Source: Vicugna vicugna (taxonomy: Eukaryota). Taken from it: DNA of 64,000 nt. The stretch covers positions 2,185,061 to 2,249,060 of the forward strand of contig MU058423.1 in assembly GCA_013265495.1 (NCBI GenBank), given 5' to 3'. Below, in pieces: positions 36,786 to 48,680 of this stretch. Within the stretch, counting starts at the first letter, position 1. The number at the start of each line of letters is the position of its first letter. The notes below the pieces were generated by a model that saw only the letters and a list, made by a program, of their open reading frames with translations, was not told the origin of the DNA and searched no databases. The translations under genes were made by a program, and so were the position numbers.

Positions 36786-39700
36786 GACCAATCTCAGTTT
36801 ATTCATTTTGTAAAATGGGAATATTCATACCGACTTTATAACACGGTAAAGACGATATGAGATGGTGCTTGCCTGGCACGCTGTAGGTGTTCTCTGGGTG
36901 GTGGGTACTATTTTTATTAACCATCCTGCTCCCTTTCCTTCTCTAGGGACTCAGAGAAGCCTGGGCGGAGGCCCTCCACCCTCTTTGCTTGCTTTTCTCC
37001 CAGCCTCTTATAAGGTTTGGGCCCAGTCTTCCCTCACTTCCTCCCTCTCTGTTCCTCTAGGGCAGGAGCAGACCCTAGGCTGGAATGGATGTACGTGTGA
37101 CATGGTGATGAGCTCCATCCAGAACTCTGGGGTGGGTCCCACTCACATTTCTAAGGGTGTTCAGGGCTGTGTGTTTGCATTTCCTTTGAAGGGCCCCAAA
37201 TGTGATAATTACATACTTGTTAGCCCTGTAAAATAACAAATCTGGAATCTACCCTCTGGAACCAATGGATTTCCTGCTGAAATGAGTTCAAGGGGTGCCC
37301 TGACCAGCATTCCTGGTAAGAGCCGAAGCCCTGCATCACAAGACCACCCACCTGCCCGCATCCCCACATCCCGCGCAGCTCCTCTGCCCCTCCGCGCTCA
37401 GCTCTCCACCTCATGGCTCCCATCCTTTCTGCTGTTATTGTCTTCATGTTTTCTTAATATCTGCCCTCTGGGTATGGGTCCTGGGTTCCCACGTAGTGTT
37501 GGGAGAATTCTAGGGCCTGGGGCTCCTCCTCTACATCTCCCACTAGCGAATCCAGTGCTTGTAGATGGACTGGGCGATGCTGGGGACCGATGCCTGTGGA
37601 GCCATCCTCCCCTCCCCTTGGAGTTTCCCTTGATTCCTGTGGACTGCTCCACCTTTGTCTGTCTTCCTCCGCCCCACCCCAAGCTGCCCAGGCCCCAGCA
37701 AGAGTCAACAAATCCAAGTTCCCCAACTTGGCTTCCTCTTTCTCGGCTCTGGGCGGTTCTCTCTGGAATTGCCCTCTCCCCTTGCCCCCCTCCATATACC
37801 CCCAACTCAGCTTTCAGGATGCAACCTGGGAGCGGTCCATGGCCAGCTGCCCCTGCCCAAGGCTGGGACAGGTGCCGCCTCATGGCCCCCACGGCTTCCT
37901 GGGCTCTCCCGCCTCAGCACAACGCGCCCTGCTATATACATGCCTGTTGCTCTGTGTCTCTCCTGCTGGTGTAGAAAAACCCTGAGAATAAGTGGTTTGT
38001 GTCTCTGAGTCCCTCCCCATGGTACAGCCCCACTGTCTGGCACATGGCTGGCATTCAATAAGTGCTTGAATGAATGAACATATAAAATCAATTGATCAAA
38101 GTGTGAAAACTGCCAGGAAGTCTAAACCTGCCCCCTTCTGTTTTATACTAAGAAAGAGTTCATCAAAAATTCCTGCACAAAATGACTTTTCCTGACCCAT
38201 GCCTGCACTTTCCACAGAACCCATTAACCGTCACCCAAAGGCTGTAAGGCAGACATCAGGGTGAATCAGGCCCTCAGGACACTGCCACATCCCAGGCAAA
38301 GCTCCACCTCTCTGGCCCCTGTTCCAAACCAACCCAACCCTAGGTAGGTGGGTGGAGAGAATAAGCAGAGAAATACAGGTGCGGGCGGGGTGGGGGGTCA
38401 GGCTCAAGAAACATCGCTGTGAACACTGTCTCATTCATGCCAGAAGAGCTGAACTACAGAATCATTCCTCTCAGTTTTCTAGGAGAGAAACTGAGGTACA
38501 GACAGGTTAAGTCGCTCTCCCAATGAAACGGATGAAATCAATGGAAGAGAAAAAAATAGCCCCCTAACTTCCCAGAAATTTAACCCCAAAGCATAGACTT
38601 CAAGCTGGATTGTCAGAATCATAGCCAAGAATTGTGGGTATCCACAGCACAAAGCTGCTTTTTTCAAACACCCCCCACCCCTTTCTTTCAAATATCATGG
38701 GTGAGGAGGAAGCTCCGGATCTGAAGGTTTATTTACCATTCCTCAGCCTGACCTTCCAGGAAGAATGTCACTAATGAGAAACAATCTACTTGGGCTCCCC
38801 AACCCAGAATTTTCATAGGGATCAATTTAGGATTTAAGAGTCTAAACAGGACAAGAGTAGTCCTGACTGTCTTGCCTTCAAAGAAAAAAAAAAAAGCAAC
38901 TGTTCTTCCTGTCTGGAAGGAAGTTTCGTATATGTCAAACAAATATCAGATCTGAGGTTTCATCTTTCCCGTTGTTCCGACCCCTTTGGACATCCACCGG
39001 GAGAGAAAGGAGCACATTTGCCTTCGGGTGGTATAGTGTAGGCTGAGGGAAGCTGGAAAGGAAAGGAAAGCTATAGTTCAGACTGATGTCTCCCTAATCC
39101 AAGAAATGAACTTACAGTTGAGGCTAGAAACCAGAACTCTGCTCTGGAGACCAGATTCCATTCTAATTCATATACAAACGACTTTTTTTTTTCCACTGTG
39201 AAGGAGATATTTCCATCCCAGCAAAGTGTACACTCCATGAAGGCAGGGGTCATATCTGACTTGCTCTCTACTGTATTCGACTACCAGCAACTGTCTGTCA
39301 CATCGTAGGTCTTCCTACTAAATGAACGAATGAAACAATCAGCCAGTGTAAAACGGTTGCAGAGAAACAGCCAGTAAGTATCATTTCCATTTTAAAAGTA
39401 ATTTTTCTCAGCAGGTGGAAAGTTTTGGGGTTTTTTTTTTTTTTCATGATGGGACCTAGGATTATCTGGATCATTCTATCGGTCCATCTTACTGAGTCTC
39501 TGGACACAACATCAGTGACAAAACGCTTTTGTAATTCAACTGGTTATTAAACAGCACCAACTCACGTATCCTCTTAAAACTCTGCCCCACATCTGGGGGT
39601 CATTAAACCTCTCAGGTGTTAAGACGCTCTGTTTCATTTGGTCTCGGCTTAGCAGAAACCACCCTCCACCACAGCTGGGCGTGGCGAGTCTTGGTAAACT

Positions 39701-39864
39701 GTCACTTGATGATCAGAAAGGCCGTGGTTCAGCTCCACCTAGGACCAACTGTGTCCCCATCCACTCTGGCCTCAATTTCCCTCTCAGGAAGAAATTCTGA
39801 CCTTCCTCTGGGAGAAGAAGGAGGTGCACCAAATGATCTCAGCTTTGTTATGTGACAGAGACTG

Positions 39865-40100
39865 TCGGTGTAGGGTGGGAGACCATTAATCTGAGCATAA
39901 GTTTTGGTTCTGCCACTAAGTGGCTATATTCACCTTGGACAAACAGCTTCCTTCTGGGGCCTCAATCTCTCTCTGTAAAAATGGGGGTAATCATTGTGCA
40001 TCCTTCCTGGGATGGTTGTGAGGATTAAGTAAATTAACATATAGAGAATACATTAGATGGTGCCTGGCATACTGTAAGTACTATGTCTTAGCTATTATTT
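39865..40100 (+). mobile_element. MIR SINE
   Basis: 'accttggacaaacag...ctgtaaaaatgggggtaatc...ggttgtgaggattaagta...tgcctggcatactgtaagtact'. Confidence 0.8.
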
Positions 40101-42439
40101 TTATTTGTAAAATTAGGGCCTCTGTGATTCTCTCAGCCCTCTTAAGAAAGAAAACTTAGTAACTTTTAGGTTTCATTTTTGGTTTTTTCTATGCACCTGC
40201 CCCATAAAACTGCCCAGACCTTATATGGATAAAGATAAGAGTTTGCACTAGCAAGAATGGCTCTTCTAAGTACCCTGTTTTGCATGGTCCTGGTAGAAAA
40301 TCCTCTCAGAGGGGCAACCCAATCTACCTACCCAACTGAAATGTAATCTGTGGTTTCCTGCTGCCTCAGCTCAGTTGGCAACACCATCTCGGCATGGAAA
40401 TTAATTCTGTTCAAAGAGTGGGAGAATGGCAGGAGGGCCTTCTGGGCTTGAGAAGGGGTGTGGGTCCCTAAGTCTCTCTGCTCAGCCCCAAATTCTGGGC
40501 CATTCAGTCTGGGGACAGGAGCCTTCCACCAATTCAGTGATGTAACCCAGAAATCTGGGCTGCAGTTTCTGGATCTCTTAATGATAATAATAATCTCTTA
40601 AGTAAACACAGTTCATCACATCCATCAAAACAAGTCCTTGTCCAATATCCCTCATCCATGTGTGTGGCCCATTTTTATGATGAGTAAATTGAGGCTCAGA
40701 AAGGTTATCACCTGAGGCAAAACACTTGGCATTCAAGCTAGGCTGCTTTGTTTAAATAGTTGATGATGTTTTTCCTGTGTCATACTTCCACCTTCCATAA
40801 TAAGCTGCTTGATTACTTTGTGGAACAGAAGAGGGATCCTGAACTGACATAACATACGCCTAAAAAAGTCAACGATATCACAGCCCTAACCCAATAACTA
40901 TTTTTTTAAATTGAAGTATAGTGGATTTACTAACACAATAATTATTGAAAAATCCTATCAATGGGCAAAAGTGAAACCACTGCAAGTTGGTTTCACAGAG
41001 CTGGGATCCACTGGATCCAAGAGAATGGATCCCCCTGGTGAGTCCACAGAGGAAGCTTGATTCCAAGCTAAGCCTCCCTCTTGGCTGGAAATAGCAGCCC
41101 CAGGTGCTGCCATCTCACTGTGCCAGTCTGCAGCCTGTGATTAGGGGCCCTAATGGCCATAATGCCTCCAATGTGGTGTTTAAACCAATAAGGCTTCAGA
41201 GAAGTTACGGTATGTTTAATAATGGCTTAATGACTACTTGTGAGATGCAAGGCTTCTGGTTCCTGTTTGGCCTTGATTTACAGCCCAGCTCTGGCTGAGG
41301 ACAGCCAAGAAACCCCCCTCTAAGCCCCCAGCGGAAGAGGGAGGTGTTCACACCAGGCCTCTTGGATTCCTTTAAAAATTGAGAATTCAAATGAAATACA
41401 AATGATGACTCCCCACCCCTCTCGCTAGTCTCTGAAAGCACTGAAAATACAATCGGTGTAACCCAGACCTAGAGGTCCCTCAATCCACAGAAGTGAGCAG
41501 GGTCCTAGGGCCCTCGGGTATTTCTGCAGCTTCCCAGTAGGGTGGAGGGTGTTTCACTTGTCAGAAATTCTAAGCTACTGCCCTAGTCCCATGCTTCCTT
41601 TTGGCTAGGGAGACCCAACACTTAGGAGATATGGTTCCACCTTCATCCTCCTCCAAAATGGCAGGCCAGGGGCAATAAAGCCCTGAGGTCTGAGCTGCAG
41701 ACAGACTCTCTCCAGTGGGTCTCCAGGAACTTCATGCTCATTTGCCACTAAAAGGCATTCACTCCATGCCTGCTGTTCAAACACAAAACCCTCTAGGTAC
41801 TCTCCCACCTGCTTCAGTGGTAACCTCTGCTGGACTCTGTTCAGTCCTGAACTGCCCCTGCAAGACCCCTGTCTTCTCTGGCCCTGCCTCTGCTTCTGAA
41901 ACCCACCAGGAATATATAGAAAGACTCTGAGGATTGACTGTGTCCAACCTCCGCAGTCACATGAGGACACTAAGTGGCTAGTTCAAGGTCCCACAGCTAC
42001 TTAATGAGAGTGCCCACCTCCCCAGCTCCCAGATTAGAGCTGCTTCCACACAACACTCCCAATGACGCCTCTCCCGGTGAGAAACAGAGATTTCCAACGG
42101 GGGTGTTTTTGCTGGAGGCAACGTTCTTCCTACTCCCAGCAAAGAGTTAGGTAAAATCCCAGCCCGGCCCCTACCTGCTCCCTGGCCACCATCCCAGGCA
42201 ATGTCTAGAGACCAGGCCTAAAAGTACTTGTTGCGAGTGGAGGGGGACTCTACCCCCGAACAGCCTCCCGCATCCAGAAGCAAGAGCCTCTAGCTATCAG
42301 GGCTAAGGGTGCAACTCTAAACAAGGGACTCACCAAGATGGATAGACAAAAGGGACCCTGCCCTCCAGAGGGGGTGGCTCCCTCCCCCTCTTCTCGAACT
42401 TCCTCTGATACGGGGACTGGAGTGAATCAGGGGGCTCCC

Positions 42440-42653
42440 GGGATCCGAGGGGTTAACCTGCGCGGGCCGCACGTGACGTGGATGGTTCCAGCATTAAGTC
42501 AGAGCGAGGCCCCCTCCCCGCCCCCCGCGGCGCGCGCCGCTCCCGGGGGCTCCGCGCCCCCGCGCCCAGGTCCCTCCCCCTTGGCGGGCGCTCACAGGCC
42601 GCGCGGGCAGCGCGAGCCCCGGAACCCCGGCGGCCTGTGCGCCCCGAGCCGGC
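42440..42653 (+). promoter_or_regulatory. ALX3 proximal promoter/5' UTR with E-box CACGTGAC overlapping a CRE-like TGACGT
   Basis: CACGTGACGTG at 42470-42480, GC-rich Sp-like tracts at 42510-42590, no TATA box. Confidence 0.7.
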
Positions 42654-45600
42654 ATGGACCCCGAGCGCTGCGCGCCTTTCGGCGTGGGGCCCGGGCCTGG
42701 CCCCTACGCGGCCGCCGGGGACGAGCCTCCGGGCCCACAGGGAACCCCCTCCTCCGTGCCTCACCTGCACCCCGCGCCGCCCCGCGGCCCGCGGCTGACC
42801 CGCTTTCCGGCCTGCGGACCCCTAGAGCCCTACCTCCCGGAGCCGGCCAAGCCGCCCGCCAAGTACCTGCAGGACCTCGGACCGGGCCCGGCGCTCAACG
42901 GCGGCCACTTTTACGAGGGACCCGCGGAAGGTAACGCGCGGCGCGGGGCGTAGCGCGCAGCCTCGACCCACTCTCCCACTTCCTTCCCCGGGCCCGCCGG
43001 GGCCTCCTCGCTCCCCTCTCCCGCTTGCCTATTTCTTAACTTTTTACTCCTCTCGCCCCTCGCCACGGCTCCCTCTGAAGCCAGACCAGCGCTGGTCCCG
43101 GGCGAAAGCCAGCGCGGTGCGGGTGTCAGAGCCATCCGTGCCTCTGGCGGCCTGGAACGGGAGGCTGGAGGTCGAGAGAGAGGGTGGAGCGGCGACTGCC
43201 GGGGCCCAGTCGGGCCCGAAAGCGGCTGGAACCGGGAAGGAGACATCGTGCTTGGCCAGAGTTGGGCTGGAACTGCCACCGACACAGAAGCCCAGACCCG
43301 GCCCAGGGCCTGGGAGCCACACTGAACTCTCGGCCCCGATGCGGGGAGAGAAGCGCGGCTTTTGTGTCTGGCGCCCGCTGAGGGCCCCGAGGCGGGCCCC
43401 GACCTTTACTAGCCAAGCTGGACTCAGCCGAGGGCTGCGGCCTGCCCTCCCCCGGGAAAGGCGCTACTGCCTGCGCCTTAGGCGCTCGAGGCAATGGCTG
43501 CGGCTGGTCCTGCAGTGCCGGGGCCATTCTCAATACGGAATAACTGTTTCCTTATTTCCCAGACTAACCTGGCCTCCCCGTCGTTACGGACGGCTATGGC
43601 CACTCTTCTTGCGGTCTTGGTTTCCTCTCACTGGATTGTCACCGCGGGGGCCGTCGGGAGCGGGCCTAAACACTGGGCACCGCCGGCTTCTGGGCCGGTG
43701 CCCTAATCGTTAAGGCCAGTTGGACGGCGCAGTTTCCAAGAACGCGCCTGAATGCAAGGACCTGGTGGGCGGGTCCGCAGCCCGCTGCATCCGCTGACCC
43801 GTGGAAGTGTCCGCGCTCGCGCCCGCCGCATCTCTGCTGCTGCCACATCCCTCGGTTTAGGCCCAGAGCCTGATCCTCCGAGATCGGCCCCAACCCTCCT
43901 CCGCCCCGCTGGCGCCTCGCGGGCCTCCACGGAGTGGCCAGGCAGCTCGGGCCTTCGCCTAGTCGGGGCGGTGGGAATGTGTAGGGGAGGTATGTGGGGG
44001 TCAGCGAGGAAATGAGCGAGTCCGCGGAGCTTCGTGTCTGTGCCCTTTGAAAAAGGTTCTCCTGATAAAAACCACAGTTGGGACTTAATGAGAAGCAGTT
44101 GGTCTGGCTCCTCTGATCCCAGCCAGACGGCGGCGAACGCGCAGCGCCCTGAGCACCGCCGAGAACAGGTACTCAGCCTTGCTCGGCGCGCAGCGTCGGG
44201 CACGACCCACCTCGCGGGTCTCAGTCCCTGCTGGGAGCGACAGGCCGCCGGGACACTGAAAGCCGGACCTGCTCCGGCACCGCGCAAACTGCGGAGAGCG
44301 CTGAAACAGAACGAGCGGCGGGAGGAACCTGGCGACGGCAAGGGTGACAACAACGAAATGCGTAGAAAGAAAATCAGAGTGTAAACAACCAAAAAGAGGA
44401 AAAGGAAATTGAACAAAACAACGGAGGAGAAAGGCAAGAAGAGGAGGTAAAAGGCAATCGGCGAGCTGGATAGAACGGAAAGGAATAAATGAAGAACGAA
44501 AGAAAAAAAAAGTGGAGGATCGAACGAAGCGGGTAAATGCAGGAGGGAACGGACGAAAAGAGGAGCAGCAGACAAAAGGAAAGAAAAAAGGGACATCCAA
44601 AAAGAGTAGAAAATAATAAAATGGAACAACCGGGAGAAAGAAATTAATGATTCAAACAGACCAAACGAAAAGAAGGCTCGGCGGGTGCGAGCGGAGCCTG
44701 CGTAGAGACCCCAGCCGCCGCTGGCCTCCCGGGTGCCCTGGGCGGAACTCGGCGGGCGGGCGAGGGGCCTGTGTCCCTGCGGCGCGGCCGGGCTGCTAGG
44801 GAGGGCCGGCTCCGGGGACTCGGGCTGCCCAGTCTGCTTGGTGGGTAATGTTGGTCAAAGGGGTATTCCGCCTTATTTCCCGGCTTCTAAAATAACGAGC
44901 TCTGAGCGTTTCCAGTTCAGACCAGTGAGCGCGCAGCTGCTCCCCAGCTGCGGCGCTATCTTTCCGAGGCTGGGCAATTGCGCGTTTGAGAGCTTGGCGC
45001 ACCGCGCTCTTCTCGAGCCCTTTGCGGCCGCCCTTTGCAGAGAGCGCCAGCTCTGGTTTGGATCCCGGTCGCGTCCTGGCGATGCCAGCCACCCTCTCGC
45101 CCTCTGCGCGTGGCTGCTCAGAGGGCGGGAGAAGTGTTTGGCCGTTCCTTCCTGCTTTGCCGGGGGCCGTCCAGTCTGCCCCCTAGCTTGGCTACTTGAT
45201 CTCGAGGGCGCCTGCCGCTGGAGCCCTAAGACGAATAACCTGGCGGGCCGCGCTCCCCGGTGCCGCTGCGGACTTAGAGGAGAGTCCCAAGTCGTCAGTC
45301 CCTTCTGAGGCCTCTAGACCAAAGCTGGGAACCTCTAGGAAGAGAGCACCAAGGCCCCGCTGGGGTTTACAAGGGAAGCGTATGCCCACACCAGCTCTGG
45401 CGCTTTGCGGAAGCCCAGGCCTCAGCGAGCGCGGGTCGCTTGGGAAAGGGCGTGCGTGGAGCAAGGCTGCTGCGAAAGCTGAAAGCCAGATGGCTGGTCC
45501 TGCGACGTCAATGGACACCATTCATGGGGGACAATGGGGCTCCCAGTTGGCGGCGGAGTGGTGCCGCTTTGGGGCCGCCACCGCTGAAGGCCCTGGCAGC
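42450..45600. promoter_or_regulatory. CpG island(s) covering ALX3 exon 1 and the 5' part of intron 1
   Basis: Dense CpGs at 42450-44350 and 44680-45600, separated by a purine-rich tract. Confidence 0.9.
42654..42930 (+). CDS. ALX3: ALX homeobox 3, coding exon 1 (277 nt)
   Basis: [26 protein letters not shown]...[11 protein letters not shown]. Donor AAG|GTAACG at 42931, phase 1. Confidence 0.97.
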
Positions 45601-47962
45601 CCGGGTGTAAGGAAGTGCACCGGGCCTGGGAGTGGAGTCATGGACAGATTTCCGCTGATGCTTGTCCTGACTCCTGTCTTTGAGTCCTGACAGACTGCTG
45701 CTGTGGTTCTGCATTTGTCCAGGCCGTGGATACCCCAGTGCTGAGCTCCAGGCTTCCAATTTCCAACGTGAGCACTACCCCGTTAATGACCCAGTGTCCC
45801 CACCAGGTGCAAGTGACTCCCATACACAGCCTGTGCGCGCCTGAAACACGCTCCGGGCCTTGCAGTGCAGCCTCTCCCTGACAAGCATAGATTCAAACTG
45901 CCAGCTTCTGTTCCTGCTCTGCCTTTCTTTGATTGCTGCCCTCCATTTATCCCACCTCCATCTCTTTTCTCTTCTGGGCCTTGCTCCTCAAGAGGCTGCT
46001 TGTTCAATGAGGCATGACCCTGTCCCCCTAGAGGGGGAATGCTGCCCTCACGTTGGAGTCCAGGCAGATGGAGGTTGTTTCAGGGCAATGGCAATGAAGA
46101 GGGGAGAAGTTCTGTAATCCCTGGAGAGGGCTGTAGAATGTGCAGGCACAGGCGGTCAGCAGGGGCTGGGAGGCTTGGCCCTTTTGGGGATGGCTATTCC
46201 GAGAAGTCCTGCTCCACTGTCATCCCTTACCCTGGTAGCTAGGTGGCTTAAGGTCAGGAAGGCAAGTCCCAGAGCCCCAAATCTGGTCACTTACTCTGGG
46301 CAGAGATGGAGGGCCCAAGAGGCAGATAAGCAAGCCCAGAGCTTTGGGAAGCCTATTGTGGTGATGTCCGTGCCCCTCTGACCCCCATCCCTGAGCCACC
46401 CTTGCTTGCTTCTGCCTAGAGCCCTGCAGGCTCTCCCTCTGAATTCAAGATACCAAGACCCCTCCCTCTCAGGCCTGCTATGTGTGCAGTGTCTCCTTCT
46501 AGTCTCCCCGGCCTTCTGACCATTTAAAATTATTTGGTTCAACTTCCAATCAGTCTTCCTTACTCAGGTCCTACCAGAGGAAACTACCCCTAGGACGGAA
46601 ATGTGTTACCCAGGAATAGAAGTCAGGGACTGACGCATTTTCTCCCCCATGCTCCACCTGAGTTATGAAAGAAGCCTGGAGTCTGAGCTGTCACTATGCA
46701 CCGGTCTGAGGGCAGGCACTGCCTGACTCTCCCCGACTTCCAGGACACACTCAGGAAGCCGAGCTTATGGTCACCAACCATCTTCCAACTGAGGGGAACC
46801 TTGCCTGACTTGTCCACCACAATGCAGGCAGGGACTCATCAGACCCAGAACCCCAGAGCCCATCTCTCCAGTCCTGTCCTCCCCACCACCGGCCACAGCT
46901 GTGATCCCAACACCGAGTCCTGAGAAAGAAACTGCCTCTTGGTGCCAGCTCACTGGGCCTCCTGGGGGCCAGGCCCCCGCCGGGGATGGGCCTGGGGCCA
47001 GGGAAGGGGCTGTGTGAGTCAGTGGCCCGTCTTTGTGGCGTCGCTCCTGCCATCCCAGGGGGACCGTTGAGAAGAGATTTCATGGCTACGCTGCTGGGGG
47101 TCCTCGCCAGAGGGAGAGGGAGGGGTGATCAGGGTGACCTATTTTTCACCATGCCCCAGTCATGGCGGGCTCCACCTAGCTTCCTGAGTGAGAGCTAGCA
47201 CGTCAGAGCAGGGCTGCTTGCTAATTGTGGGCACTGAGAGAGCCGTCATAAACTCCCGGGAATGGAGGGGGTAGACAATGACGAGGATGATGGGCTATGG
47301 GGCTGTGCCCTGTTTCCACACTGTCCCCCATCTCTCCTTCTCCGAGCACAGTCTGTCTCCTGTCCTCTACTCTACATTTTCATAGGAATTTGATAATCCC
47401 TCTTGAAGCTTCTTTGCCCCATCTTGCCCCTCATTTGACATTGTCCTGAAACTTGGGGTTCAGAGAATAAGGCATAGCCAGATCAGCCATATGTGGTCTG
47501 AACATCCCTGTCCCTTGTCCAGTCCTGGAGCAGAGGCATGGGAACCAGGACCTGCAGAGTCAGGGACAAGGAGGCACTTCCTGGCAGAGGCAGGGAGTGT
47601 CAACCACGCCATCCCCATCCCTTCTTCCTACCCCCGTGCTAGGCCCTGCCATGCACCGATCCTGGCACCTCCACACCCTGTGGGACACGCCACCACAGAG
47701 CGCTTCCCAGAAATGAACCCCCCTCCGGCCCCAGCAGATCCACCCAGACCACAGAGCACAGCCTTCCCCAGGGCCCCCTCCCCAGCTGGAGGCTCCGCAG
47801 GCAGGCCTCCAAATGCCAGGCTCCCTTGGAGGGTGGCTGCTTGGAGGAAAAAGGAAGGGGGAGGCGGGGACTGGAGCGTCAACGTTCTTCCCCCTCCCTC
47901 TATTCCACCCACAAAACCCCCTGGTTCGGTTTCCATCCTCCTTTTTGTGTTTTCCATTGCAG

Positions 47963-48279
47963 CTGAGGAGAAGGCCTCCAAAGCTGCCAGCTTCCCCCAG
48001 CTGCCCTTGGACTGCCGAGGGGACCCCAGAGACAGGCCCTCTAACGTGCCAAGCTCCCCAGGCCCCTGCCTGGCCAGCCTACGTGCCCCTCTGTCTCCGG
48101 GACTCCCTGACTCCATGGAGTTGGCCAAGAACAAGAGCAAGAAGCGCCGTAATCGTACGACCTTCAGCACATTCCAGCTGGAGGAGCTGGAGAAAGTCTT
48201 CCAGAAAACCCACTACCCTGATGTGTATGCCCGGGAGCAGCTGGCTCTGCGCACGGACCTAACCGAGGCCCGGGTACAG
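47963..48279 (+). CDS. ALX3: ALX3 coding exon 2 (317 nt), homeodomain N-terminal arm to start of helix 3
   Basis: Acceptor ttgcag|CT. Encodes ...[47 protein letters not shown]. Donor CAG|GTGAGG. Confidence 0.98.
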
Positions 48280-48499
48280 GTGAGGGCACCCCGGCCACAG
48301 GGTTCTCTGGCTGACTCGACCATCCAGACTGAGACAGGCCATGGGAAGGCTGGGAGAGGTGGACGCTGGCACCACACAGAGCTGTCTTTCCCAGTGCCTG
48401 CCCCCGCTGGCCCTCCTGGGCTCCCCTCCACGCCTGGCTCTGCTGCAGCCACAGGCTTGCAGCCCAAGTTGAGGCTTCTGCATGGGAGGGGGGTGACAG

Positions 48500-48680
48500 C
48501 CTCCTGGAGTCAAAAGACCTGTGTGAGAGTCCTAACTCTGCCACTTACTAGCTGACAGGTGACTTGGCTCAGTCTTGGCTTCCCAATTTAGGAAAAGAGA
48601 ATGATAGTAATACCTACATAAGGAGTATCTTTGAGAATCACAGATGTGACAGCATTTTGGAAGCAGTGAAAAGCTAAACA
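48500..48680 (+). mobile_element. MIR remnant in ALX3 intron 2
   Basis: 'gagtcctaactctgccacttactagctg...aatgatagtaatacctacataagg'. Confidence 0.6.

Noticed and set aside
43703..44629. 308 aa antisense ORF with a hydrophobic N-terminus
   Set aside because: The hydrophobic part is the translation of the purine-rich tract and the rest is CpG island.
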